DNA of 64,000 bases from Paraspadella gotoi. Taxonomy: Eukaryota; Animalia; Chaetognatha. Shown here one piece after another: positions 14,052 to 26,166 of the stretch. The stretch is taken from the NCBI GenBank assembly GCA_051294375.1, contig CM119263.1, positions 9,168,432 through 9,232,431 on the forward strand, written 5' to 3'. Position numbers and translations under genes: made by a program. Every line of letters begins with the position of its first letter. Within the stretch, counting starts at the first letter, position 1. Under the pieces are notes generated by a model. It worked only from the letters and a program-made list of their open reading frames with translations. It searched no databases and had not been told where the DNA came from.

Positions 14052-17000
14052 CCAATAGCTCAATTAAGTCGCTTTAGAAAATGCCTTTTCCGTGTACTCT
14101 AAATCCACCATGGAAGAGAGCCGACGTCCTCGCGTGACTCGTTGGCTCCTTGGGTCGCGGTAATGCGGCCGTGAAAAGTCCGAAGCAAGTAATCCGCACA
14201 CCTTTCGGCACAGCCATTCACGTCCGCAAACAATCCCGTGACACGAAAGAGGCAACAGCTTGTAAGACTCGAGGTCCGCTAGGGGCCGCATAACTGCTAC
14301 CAGGATTGACAAGAAAGGCCGGGCTCAACGCTTTTTACATAACTGAAAAAAGAAAGGTTTGAATTTTTTCCTTTCTATTATTAGTATTTTCTACACTTAT
14401 TGATAAATAATACTAACGGTGGGTTACACAACTTTTAAACAAAGAGCCAGGACTCATAGTACGTTCAAAAGTGAAAGATATATACTATAAAGTATTTCCT
14501 ATCGAGTATGACTCTCTCGAGCATGCATTGGCTTGAACAATACGTAAGGTGTGAATCACGCCTGTTCACCTCTCCGAAAAAAAATTATGAATTGTAATAA
14601 AAGAGAGAACGAACACAGAAAGATGCAGAGACCATTACACAGTATGTGTACCAAGAAAAGACTGTAAATCGAGAGAGAGAGCAGCGAGAGCGAAGAGGAT
14701 AAGCGGGAGAGACTTCACGAAAGTGATAAGAGTAGAGCAGGGTAAGATGAAACGAATCCAATTTACGAGATTGATCCAGCTCTTTTGCTTTAAAACGATG
14801 TTTATTTCCTCAGGAAGTTTAAGCTCTTTTTTTATGAGGTTCTTGTAGGTTACGAGAGGTAGGATCGCTAACTGTGTAAAGAAGGGACCAGAAAGATGGG
14901 ATAGGAGCATATACAACACTCAGTCGCAATAATGTCTCGAAGCGACGAAGGGAGATCGCGCGGATATTCGTCATAATTGAAATCCTTATGTCAATTGTAA
15001 TGATTAAATTATCAAAAAGGATGTAAGTCACTGAAACAAGTAGTGAGAATAATAATGGAGCTTCACTCTACTCGGAATTTACGACATGATGATATGGATG
15101 ACTATGTAAGACAATAGTGTATTGAAGAGATCATATACCTGTTTAACGACGAGCCTTGCTTTCCATCTTATGTGACTTATATAGTGGTGTGAAAGCCAAA
15201 CATAATGAAACTTGAGCAGGATATGTTTCTATTATCTCTCGAAGCCGGCTGTGGACGGAATGAAAGTGTATAATCATTTGCTGCATTGCCAAACATGTTT
15301 CTTCTAGCTTCGTGCCGTTCGACCGTCGTCATGTATTTTCTCACGCAGGTCCTCTTCTCCGAGCTCTTTTCTTGCTAGATTTTGTTATCAGTGGAGACCA
15401 CGTAATATTAATCAAAGTAATGCGTTCCTTAGCGGAGGATGTTCAATACACTCTATGAAATCCCTCTCTACTCGATCACTCCTCGAAACGATTTCAATGC
15501 TAACAAAATTTTAATACTTTTAATAATGTTTCTTATACTCGAATATTCAAAAATACACTGAAAACTTACTGGCAAATTGTATATTCCGGACGACTTTGAA
15601 TCTTCTCTCACGGAATTTATTCAAATCTTCCATTTGACCATCTTGTCATGCACCTGAAGTGGATCACTCTGCTTTCGTCACCTTTTCTCGCTACATATAA
15701 TCAGTCTTTCCTTGCCGAAACTTGCCAGTTGGTGTGTTTTTCCTTTTTTGTCTCTAATATATCTTCTGGCAGAGTTTATTATCCACCTCCTCCTTGTAAA
15801 CGTTCAAATCACTGCTTTCCCTTTGGTGCTGCATAGAGGGGACGGAAAAATTTGTCCAATAGCGGTGCAATTCCGAAATCAGCTGATATTGGGTTTTCTA
15901 CCTATTCATATTGAGACTGTGCCGCGTTAAGACCAATTGTCATATTGTTTTCTTTCCGCCGAGAGAGCAAGTGAGAAAATTGTTCGAGCAGATCTATGAG
16001 AAAAGTGGTTGTCATTCCTCGCTTCGAAATATTTAGAAGAGACTCTTCATTCTTATCTTTACATCTGAATCAGCATTTCATTTAAGCATTCTATTTTAAA
16101 TTCAAGTCATAGAACACTGTTAAATTTCCATGTCGCCCCCCGCGCATTTTCGAGCTCCCGTTTTACAAAAATGAACTACCCAGCCGGGGCCGTGTCTCCG
16201 ATAATGATTCTGATCTTGGAATCTCCCGATACCCGATCTGTTCATTTTTTTTTTTTGGTACTAATTTAATCACCACATTTCAAAAACATATATGGAGTAT
16301 AAGTTTCGAGTATTGTACCCTGTTTGTACCTCTTTTAAAATTGTCTGTACCTGTCATATATTCCTTTTTTAAATTCTCTGCTGTCATTTTTAAAACCAAA
16401 TCCTGCACTACGGTTTATTAACGTGGTTTTATAATAATATTAATTATATTCAAAGCCCTGCGCAGAGTTAAATCGGACAATAGTTATTAAATGTTTTCAA
16501 CTGATTTAGCGTACAAAAACATAGATATATTAGTATTATCTGACTAAACAAGAATAGATTTTATAACTATATAGCCCAAAAAAGATAATATTTTAGTTTA
16601 TAGAATGAAAAAGGAAGAAGTAATAAAATGATATGCCTCATGTCGATAAATTTGTGACCAGAAATGGGCCGTAAACCGTTCAAGGAAATATAAAATAAAT
16701 TATCTTAACTTTTGTGAGGATATGGTACCGAGCTTAGTAGTTATTGAATTAGCATAAATTCTAAATTGCCCATGCAAAAACATATTTCCTTCTTGAATAT
16801 GTTGCCTCTATAAGTTTAAGAGGGAGATAAAATGAGCAAAAGTGTTCCATCCCACCTTTGTCTCTCCTAAAACCCTTGATCCTGGTAACGAATCGCTCTC
16901 GTTTGGCTTTCATTGAGCAGAGGAAAAGTCTGCCTCTGCACAAGAAGGTAGAGATACTGATCCTCGATGAAGCTTGTGGTGTAGGCAACTGTATGATGAA

Positions 17001-19370
17001 AGTATCGATTCATTATCTTGACCACCCTATTCCCCGTTCATCGACAACCGGTTCAAATGTGTATCGCCATAAATGGAAGAAGCTTTCAGGTTATATCGTA
17101 TTCATTCTATATTTCATTTACCCAATTGTTAACCCCAAATATTGGAATACTGAAAAACAAGGCAAGACTATTCGGTTATAATTCTTCGCCTAGATTGAGA
17201 TCTTCGCATCGTCTACTATACAAGGCATTCGCCCTGCTTTTCCTCCATTTCAACAATATTCGCCTCGGAGATTTATAAGGGCTCGCCCATACCCTCATTT
17301 TCGCCTTTCTCTTGCATTCTCTGCCGTTGATTTTCTTTAGAGGGAGTGCGCATGCGCCTCATATTGTACATCTGTAAAATGAGCATAAATGGTGACATCA
17401 ACTTTTTGCTGGGGGCTCAGGCTAAAACAGCACAAGAAATAAGCTCTCTATTCAGGATATAATGCAAGAACGCGCTTAAAATCAAATATCTTGATTGTTT
17501 ATTTCTCAAACACTTTTAACAAAAGTTAACATTTAAAGCGACGAACTACATAGAAGAGTTTGTCCTACAGGTCTTTCAAGAAAATTTCGAGAGTTTACAA
17601 GGTTTCCTGAGATGAGATATTATTACGATCATAAAACTTTTTTTATTTTACTTTTGTACGATTTAACTTGGTCATATGATCACTTCTCTTACGGAGTCTC
17701 AGCATAAGTGATCGAGCAAAATCGAAAACTCCATTCTCTTCATGACATCATTATAGCCTGTGTGACAATACAATATCTCTCTCTTGTAAAAGGAGAAAAA
17801 TGTTTCTGCACGCGTACTGATAATTAAGACACTCGCCTCGCACACTTCACCACAGCGCTGATGGCTGACCTTAATCGGTCACATACTCTGTTGCTGCCTT
17901 CTAATGTAAACTAAGTATATGATTTTCCTCTTCTAGACAGATTTTTTCGATTGTTAATTAAGATGAATATTTATCCGCGTGCGGATTAATATGAAAAATG
18001 CGAGTAATGCCAAATTCGTTAGATTGTAGTGAATTAACATCTCACATGGGAATATTTCGTTTTGAGTCTCAAATGACATACCTAGACAGTGGTATTTAGA
18101 TATTGAAGGAATAAAATCTTAGAAGGCGCTTTTCTCCTGTTCTCCCGTGGAAAATCATTTTGAGAAAAGCAACAGCTTCTGATATTCTTATTTCTAAATC
18201 AATCTCAACTTTAAAAAAAATACACTTTTCATATCGTTTTAGCCAATCGTTTAAATTTAATAAGTATTATTTTTAAATATATAGATATAAATACCCAGAT
18301 CCTCTCGCTTCGAGTTCTACGCTCAATCATCCGTCTTTTTCACTTTGTAACAATGCCCCTGTATCATCCTTCTCCCACGCCATTATCAAAGAGTGAGTAT
18401 CGGCGTCCAAGATCGAATTTATATGGATTTCCAAGTCCTGCGCTCCGAATTGATTACCAATCAATTGGGATATCATCGTAATATGAACTAATCTGGCATT
18501 TTTCGTCCCGGTATGGCTATCCTTTTTCTCCATCTTTTTTGCAATGACTTATAAAATTTAAAAACACTATTTCTAGCTTTCCATAATATTTTTTTTTGGG
18601 GAAAAAATTCCTCAATTGAAAATCTTTTAATGCGTAGAATTGTTACGTCAGAGTCATTATCCCGATGCTATCATAGTTGTGCGCGTATTCTCGTGTTTAT
18701 TAGTTATCTGTCACTACTTATTATGCTAAATAAGCGCTTCGAATCGTAATAAAGGAGGATTCTATTTATTGGATCAGTAATACCGTAAATATTTAAGTCC
18801 ATAAAGCCATATATTCCGCAAAAATTTATATTGAATAATTTATGCTATTTCATATTACCAAGAAAAAAGAAAATTATCAAAAATTCGCTAAAAATTTGAC
18901 GCCTTCCGTGGCCACTTTGACGCCCCTGGGAGAGGCGAGAAGATATTTAAAAAAAATCTTTGACAACAGGTTTTTCTTTTAAAGCACATATTTTACACAT
19001 TACGACACTACAGAATCTGACCACATTTTTGAGACTCTATGACCATTTTCATGCCGGAAAAAATTGTGTCTAATCAGAAATATGATTACAAAATCAAATC
19101 TTTAACATTTCCCAAATTAAATATATCTTTTTTATAAAATCAATTAAAATTCTTGATATAATCGCTAGGTGGGAATAAAACTAGAACAACAATAGCTAAC
19201 AAAAGGTCAAATTTCATTCTTCATTATTAATTCCGTTGTAACATTGATTTACATTAGGTTTTTTCCTAATTATTTTTTACCAAATTAAATATTTTATATT
19301 GTTTTTCCTCTTTAGATCATAAAACGAAATACATTCGTTGTAGATAGCAATTTTTTATTTCTTATTTAAG

Positions 19371-19415
19371 TGTACATGTTCTCGACTCTTAGTTAATTAC
19401 GAGTCTTCATGCAGC
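19371..19415 (-). ncRNA. Hammerhead ribozyme motif in the inverted arm (two 1-nt insertions in the core)
   Basis: Reverse complement reads GCTG(c)ATGA-A-GACTC-gtaattaactaa-GAGTC-GA(g)AAC-AT-GTA-CA. Confidence 0.5.
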
Positions 19416-19442
19416 TAACAATAATTATTTAGTTAGCTTTCA

Positions 19443-19488
19443 TTGCTGATGAAGCCTCGTATACTAAGACGTCCGAAACAATGTCATT
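19443..19488 (+). ncRNA. Hammerhead ribozyme motif (degenerate or noisy copy)
   Basis: CTGATGA (19446-19452), A-GCCTC…GACGTCC (imperfect stem II), GAAAC-AAT-GTC (19475-19485). Confidence 0.5.
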
Positions 19489-22400
19489 AATAAAAATAAA
19501 AAATTGCTATTAACACGAATTTTTCGTTTCATCTCTAAACTATTTTTAAAGTAGCAAAAAGAAAGTCCAAATAACATGTTTTGTCTCTTATTATTACCAT
19601 CTCAATTCTTACTATTTAACTATTTTCGTCTTTTTAATTTTTGTCTATTCTGAAAAAAAATTCAACGAAACCTAAAAGAATTGAGATAACCGGAAGTTAT
19701 CCACGTGACTTTGGCGCTTTCTTGATCCGACCCGTGGCTTTTTTCCAATACGCTATCGAATTTCTGGGGGTGGCGATTAATAGCCTTGAGCAGACAAATC
19801 GGTACATATACGTCATTGTCGGGTTGAAAAAAACTTTGGTCGGAAAAAAAAAGCATCTCTACTCTAATCTTATGTATACAAAACCGCGGTCTTCCATAAT
19901 GAAACACACACTAATAGAACCTAAAAAATTATCCGAACATAATAAATCGTTTAAATCGTGGTAAATCGTTAAACCAAGAAGATGTACGCAGAATATCTGT
20001 CTTTTTATACTTCATACTATCTCTATCTTTTTTAATCTTTCGTTCCGAATTCATACGGTACAAGATCTTGCAAGCCTCAAAATTGATCTTCAACACCCTG
20101 TCCTCGCTTGAGCCTTCACACTTTATTTTTCTCTTACAATACTTGACTATCTATCTACTCTATAATGCAAAATCACTATATAGAATCTCATAATGATGCC
20201 ACGTACACTAATATATTCTATAATATATATTTTAATTTATAAAAATAGCAGACATGTTTCGAACGCGCCCATATTCGTTTCTTCAATCCAGTGCTAAAAA
20301 GAGATGTGTGCTTTTTCGTTCTATAACGGTTTTTCTACTCATAATGAATGCAAGATCTCTTTACAAACAATTTCTTAATATAATATACATTTTTAAGTTC
20401 ATTATCCTTATAAGCTATCAGATAAGTTTAAGATACAATAAATCAACTATCAACAATCTTACCGAGTGGGGTTTAAATCTCTCTACGACCACGAAAGCTC
20501 TTCGATTTATCGGCTCCTTCTTATCGACCGTTGTGCGTCAGTCCAACGACGTCTCTTCTTCAAGCTTTTCTTCCATACTTTTTCTTATAACGAGTTATTC
20601 GATAAACATTTGTTATCCTTTCCGTCCTCCTACCCTACAATACGTAATGTTTCCTTGGCAGCGACGATGGGCGACGCCATCTTGGCCAAGAAATGAAGGA
20701 CGGAATCTAGGAAAATTTTCGTTTTCTTTGTAGTCGTAAATGGTTCTCTTCGGAGGAGAGGACGAGATCGAACTTGTCCTTTCGAGTTTCGAATGCGTTC
20801 TCTCCAGTTCGCCAGAATAAAACGAATTTTCTTTTTCTCCCGCTGCTCGCCTTTCGATCTGAGAACCGCAGTTGTGCGGCATCGTGCATCCCGAATCACT
20901 TCGACGCTCCTGTATCATGTCTGAAAGCGTGCCTCCAGTGCGCCCGCGCGGACATTCAGCGCCCATTTATGCGGGCAATCTCTCCGAGCGTCTGTCACTA
21001 ATCGCCAGCCCGAGGATTTTTCGATTACGGCGTCCAGTTACGGATTGGCTCAACGTAAAAGCACAGCGCTGACTTCAGCTAACACTCTGCGGAGCCAGCG
21101 GCTCATATGTGTTGCTTAACGGCTATCCACCGCGCCTGCACTTCCCCCACTTTTCATACAGCCGACGCGATCTAAGACCTCCGAGTGTAACTCCATAATC
21201 TATCCGAAGCCTCTGTCGCGGCTATCGATGGCAAAATAACCGCTCAGTCGAGCGCCTTGTAGGTCTATTCATTCCGGCGTCATTCGCCTTTACTACCGTA
21301 ACGCGCGGATGCGCGCCTTCGCACACACTTAAAGTGGAGAGGCGGGGATCCGAGCAGGTCATTTGATGTCGATTTCGCATTAAGGTCTGTCATTTCTTGT
21401 CTGCTTCTCCGGTCGCCAGTTCTGCGTCGACCGTTTCGATCTTTCCCTCGCAACTCTTCTGTTTCAAATATTCTCTGGAACATCTTTCCTGCCTCTTCAT
21501 AATCTCTTTACAATTCACCTGGAGATAGGAAATATTCTAGCGTCGGGCAACACCTTTGCTATCCTTGCGACGGTTTGGTCATGCCGTATCTGCGTTCAAT
21601 AACGTTTTTTCATTGGAGCCTCTGATTTCGGCCATTCTGAGCGTTGATGTCTGAGTTGACTCTATTGTTTATCAAAACAATAAAAGTTAATGCCCGAACC
21701 CCGCATCATCAGAAACTAGGCGCGAGAGGAGATCGTGCGTGACAGTCCTAACCTGATTTTCCTGTAGAAGAAAAAAATACAAGATTTCTTGTATTAGAGT
21801 TTCCAGAAGAACACGCATTTTTAAGCCATAAATAACTAATTAACAAACCAAAGGATTCCATAGAGTACTAAGTGATAGATGGTCGAGTCCAGCCACGTCG
21901 TACTTTATTGAATTCTGTCGAGCTCACTAGTTCACACGAGGGATGCTCGCTCATCTTTGTGTCAGCGATATTCGAGGGGGGTGTCGTTGGGAAAGTGTGG
22001 TCGACGCGATAGGGCGGAGATGTGGAGCGCTGAGCGCGAGGGCCTAGCATATCCGGACACTTGTGCGTATACGTTACTGTATGTACATCGACCAGCAGAG
22101 TGTACCTCGACAAGATAGTAACTTTTTTTCCGCCGAAGTGGACAACGGTTATACTCGTGAGTAAATAATCAACAGGATGCAGAAATGTCTACACTGCGGA
22201 GAGGAGAGGTAGCGATAAGATGTGTGTGTAATGCGTAGATACTATCACTGAGAGTCCCGAATATATCTAATAGAGGCCGCATCTTGCCGTCACAATGCGG
22301 CCGTGTTTAGGTGAAGCGCCGCTGACTAGGATTTATGGTTCTGATTCCTGGAATGGTAAAGTCAAATAATATACATAGTAAATAAATTTATTAACTCCGG

Positions 22401-25400
22401 GAACTCAGAGAAGAGTGTATATGTGAATTATCACCGCACAAACAGATTCACTCACGATTGCATATAGACAAATAGACGCATGACGCATGATTGTATCTCT
22501 TATATTAGAGAGAATAAGAGCAATCGTAAGAACACTACACGCAACTCTTGATACCTGTATTCTGTATAGACGCTGTTGTTCGCTCTGTTTCTGTTTATTT
22601 ATTTTCGCGTTGTCCAAAGCGTCGCGCTTCGGAAGATCCAGATTTTTACCGCACAGTTTTCGATATGGAAACGGACTGCGTCCTTTTGTCATGCTCATTC
22701 TTCTGCTTCTCTCTCTCGACCTTCAGATTGCTCCCAAATTTGTTACCTCCCTCGTCGTAAGCAAGCTTCCGTGACCCCACGCTGGCGCATCTTTCCACTC
22801 TACGTTTGAGTCTCTATAGTCATCGCCAATTCGCCGTGACTCCTGCAATCCGCTGTCGCATTGTCCTTCCTAAAATAATAATTTTAAACCGGAGATCTCG
22901 GTTCATCTTCCATGTGCTTGCGCCGCAGTGCTTATTTTCTGGTGACATGTCACTTAGTATTTTTTTATAATCTTTACGATTTGTTATTCTATTGCACGTC
23001 AGTAAACGCTTTTTGGTATATATAAAAATTCTTTTACCGATTAAATTATCTGAAGACTTACCTGTAGCCATTTGGCTGCAAACGTAGCCTTCGCGGTGTT
23101 GTGGTAGAGTTTTCATAGCAGACGCGAGTTTAGGTAATCTCGAATGACTTGGTTCTCTGAACACGGGGCTCACAAACGACAACGAAATTGCACAGGAAAA
23201 CTATCGAATCAAACCAACGATGGATTTAAAGAAATTAAAAAACGACCATCGGTCCCATCCAAATTCCGTTACTTATGCCTCTTTTCTAAATATCGAAATA
23301 TCCAAATCTTGCTGCTTCTCGCGAGCAATGACCGAGTCGGCCTTGTCCTGTCCTGAAGGATTCGAACGTCGGCAAGCACTTTTGATCTCGTTTGAGCCGC
23401 CGTTAGCAACGAGAGGCGATTTCCAAAACATCCGCTTCGGCGACAGAATCGACCCTGAGGGGCGGCACAGGGCGTCGTCGTGTTAGGCTGACGCGGACTG
23501 TCTCATTCCTCGCGTTCCGACCGTTCGGGACTGTGATGGCAGCGGAGTACCGGTCGAGCGTCCAAGCCGCCGAAACGATACATTCCTAAAGTAAATTAAT
23601 AAGTAAAACCTCCTTACAAATTCTCAAGAACAAATTTTCACTTCGTGATGTGTTTTGTTGTTTTCACTTTCTTGCATGTATTCGATTCTTCGTTTTATAA
23701 AACGTGTGTAGATGAAACAGTACATCATCTCAGTCCGTTCGCCTAATAAAAAACAACAGAATATAATAACCAGCCACTTTTTAACCTTTTACTATATACC
23801 GAACGCGGTCCCCTAGAGAAACTTTTTTGTAAAAAATTATATGAATTTGGTACAACCAATATAAAAATTATCCATTCATGAAATTACAAAATGACTCTGT
23901 TTCCACCTACTTTTAGAGATCTATCCAAGAAATTTTATAACCTATTAACTTATAAATTTATATTTTTTTAATATTTATTTTTATTTTTATTTATTTTTGG
24001 TTTTTTAGAGATAACACTAAAATATACGTTCTCTCTAAATATATCATTTAATAAATAAGGTCTAATTCATGCCCCTGACTTTTTTGCACAGGCTTTGGGT
24101 GGTTTTAAGCCTCCATCACTCACACGAGATGGACACTAACAAGGCTCGCTGCAAGCTTTTCAATCAAGGACACTCTGCACAGTCTCGTTTTATTCACTCC
24201 CAGGGATGACCTGAGCTTCCCCTATGCCATGAAGGATGGCGATGAATATTTCAAGAGGAGTTGTTAATTGGTATAAGGAAGAGAACCGAACTCCTTAAGT
24301 ACTGGGAGGAAGTCGGAGGGAAGGTGCATAGGTAGAGGGGGAGTGTGAGGGAAACCACGCACTAGCATGGAGACAAATAGCAAGGCGCTGAGAATTTTAT
24401 GAAGATTTGGTATCAAGCGCACCGAATGAGTAAAAAATAGATATGAAATGTATTGAGGCAAGGTTATCTTAAGAATAACAAAGCATATATGTATATATAT
24501 TAAAAGAAAGAAAAGAATCAAATGTGCGGCGAGAGAAGCAGTATGAGTGGCTTGTGCTTGGAGGGGCGGGAAAAAATTCCTGCCGAGTCAAACAAAGGTA
24601 GCCAATAGGGCCAAAAGAAAGTTTATAATGCTAATGTTGACGGGAGAGAATGTTATAAGCTAGGAGCTAGTACTATTCCATGGAGGAAGCATGGATTACA
24701 GAGGTCAGATAGTGAAAATACTAGATTTTGATAAAAAAGAGGTTGCTCTTCGTAGAGGTTACGAGGCGGAAATTAAAGATCTATGTGAATAGTGTATACC
24801 TATTTACGCGAAAGATAAAAAAATGTTTTTGTTAAATCTTAAATTTTTTTTGATTCTGAATAGGCAAAAAAGTTTAAGCAAGAAATATTAATTACAGCTT
24901 TTAAAAATTTCTTACGTATTTCTCAGTAAAAGTCTAGAAACAGAGATTGTTTAAGAAATCAATCGAAAAAATTAGATGTTAAGATGTGGGATTTTTAAGC
25001 ACTCGGTTTTCTTATTTGTGGTGGAGGAATTTATCATTAGGTTCATGTAAAACCCCGCGCCAGGGGAGATCGGACTCACGGGCAGAAAAGGGAGTATGTC
25101 GAAGGTGGAGGCATGTNNNNNNNNNNNNNNNNNNNNNNNNNGCAGGAGGCGGGAGGCGGGGCGTCGCCTCCAACCTAAATGGGTAGCCCAAAACGAAAGG
25201 GTACGAGGGATATGAACAACAAGTGAGTAATAAATACTGCAGCAGAGATTGAGTAAAATGATGAAATTTTCTGAACCTATTTTATTCGTACTTTAACTGG
25301 AAGAAATTGTCTGATCGTCATTTGTTACTTTAACTTAAAGAAAACCATAATTTTAGTAGTCACAGCGAGCTAATTGAGGGACGGCTCTACTCGGCTTCAT

Positions 25401-26004
25401 CATTAACGCAAGTGTGGACGACGACGACGAAGATGACGACGACGACGCCGACGACGAAATCCCCTAATCATTCCCGCTTTCGACGAAATGACCATTTGCT
25501 TTCATCACTCTTAATTTTTATGTAAGCAATCTTAGGTTTCAGGCGCCGAAGTCGTTAACTTCAAGCCTCGTTTGAAATAATGTAGCAGCGATTATGAAGC
25601 AGCGATTATTCAACGATGTCGTTTCCGGTTGTCGTTGTTGTTGTTTTTATGACGTTGTAGTTGTCATTTTGATGAGGCAATTTTAGTCTTAACCTGTTCC
25701 ACTTCCAGCCGAACTATTTGTATTTCCATCCCTTGCTATGTATATAAGTTCTGCTTCTCTGTGTGTGTGTGTCTCTCGCTCTCTCCCCTTTCCCCCTCAA
25801 CACCATACAACTCGTCGCCGCCGGCGTCACGTACGAACCGGCGCCGGCGCTGGCGGACCGGCGCGTCCGTCTCACGCGCTCCGTCGTCGTCGTGGCGACG
25901 GAAACGCAAACAAACGCGGAAGTCGGTTCCGGTGATTGATCGATCGAAAGGCGGCCGACTGGCCGGCCGGCGCGGCGTCGACCGGCCGGCTGGTTGCGTG
26001 CTGG

Positions 26005-26047
26005 CACCAATCTCCTCTCTCTCTTCCGTCCTCTCTCTCTCTCCTCT

Positions 26048-26088
<41 letters not shown>

Positions 26089-26117
26089 CTCCTCTCTTCT
26101 CTTCTCTCTCTCTCTCT

Positions 26118-26166
<49 letters not shown>

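Larger units (their letters stand above)
19312..19573. mobile_element. Second copy of the same Penelope-like inverted-arm element
   Basis: Fold-back centred on AGCTAACAATAATTATTTAGTTAGCT (19413-19438). The arms match the 58.8-59.3 kb element (…AAATTGCTATTA.CACGAATTTTTCGTTTCATCTCTAAA). A 34-nt tail (19540-19573) lies on the right arm only and matches the reverse complement of 58791-58818. Degenerate TSD: ATATTGTTTTTCCTCT (19296-19311) / ACATGTTTTGTCTCT (19574-19588). Confidence 0.7.

Noticed and set aside
14644-14985. Protein-looking + frame whose seven stops are all TAA/TAG (alternative genetic code?)
   Set aside because: There are too few stops to be significant in AT-rich DNA, I recognise no homology, and nothing else in the window suggests a non-standard code.
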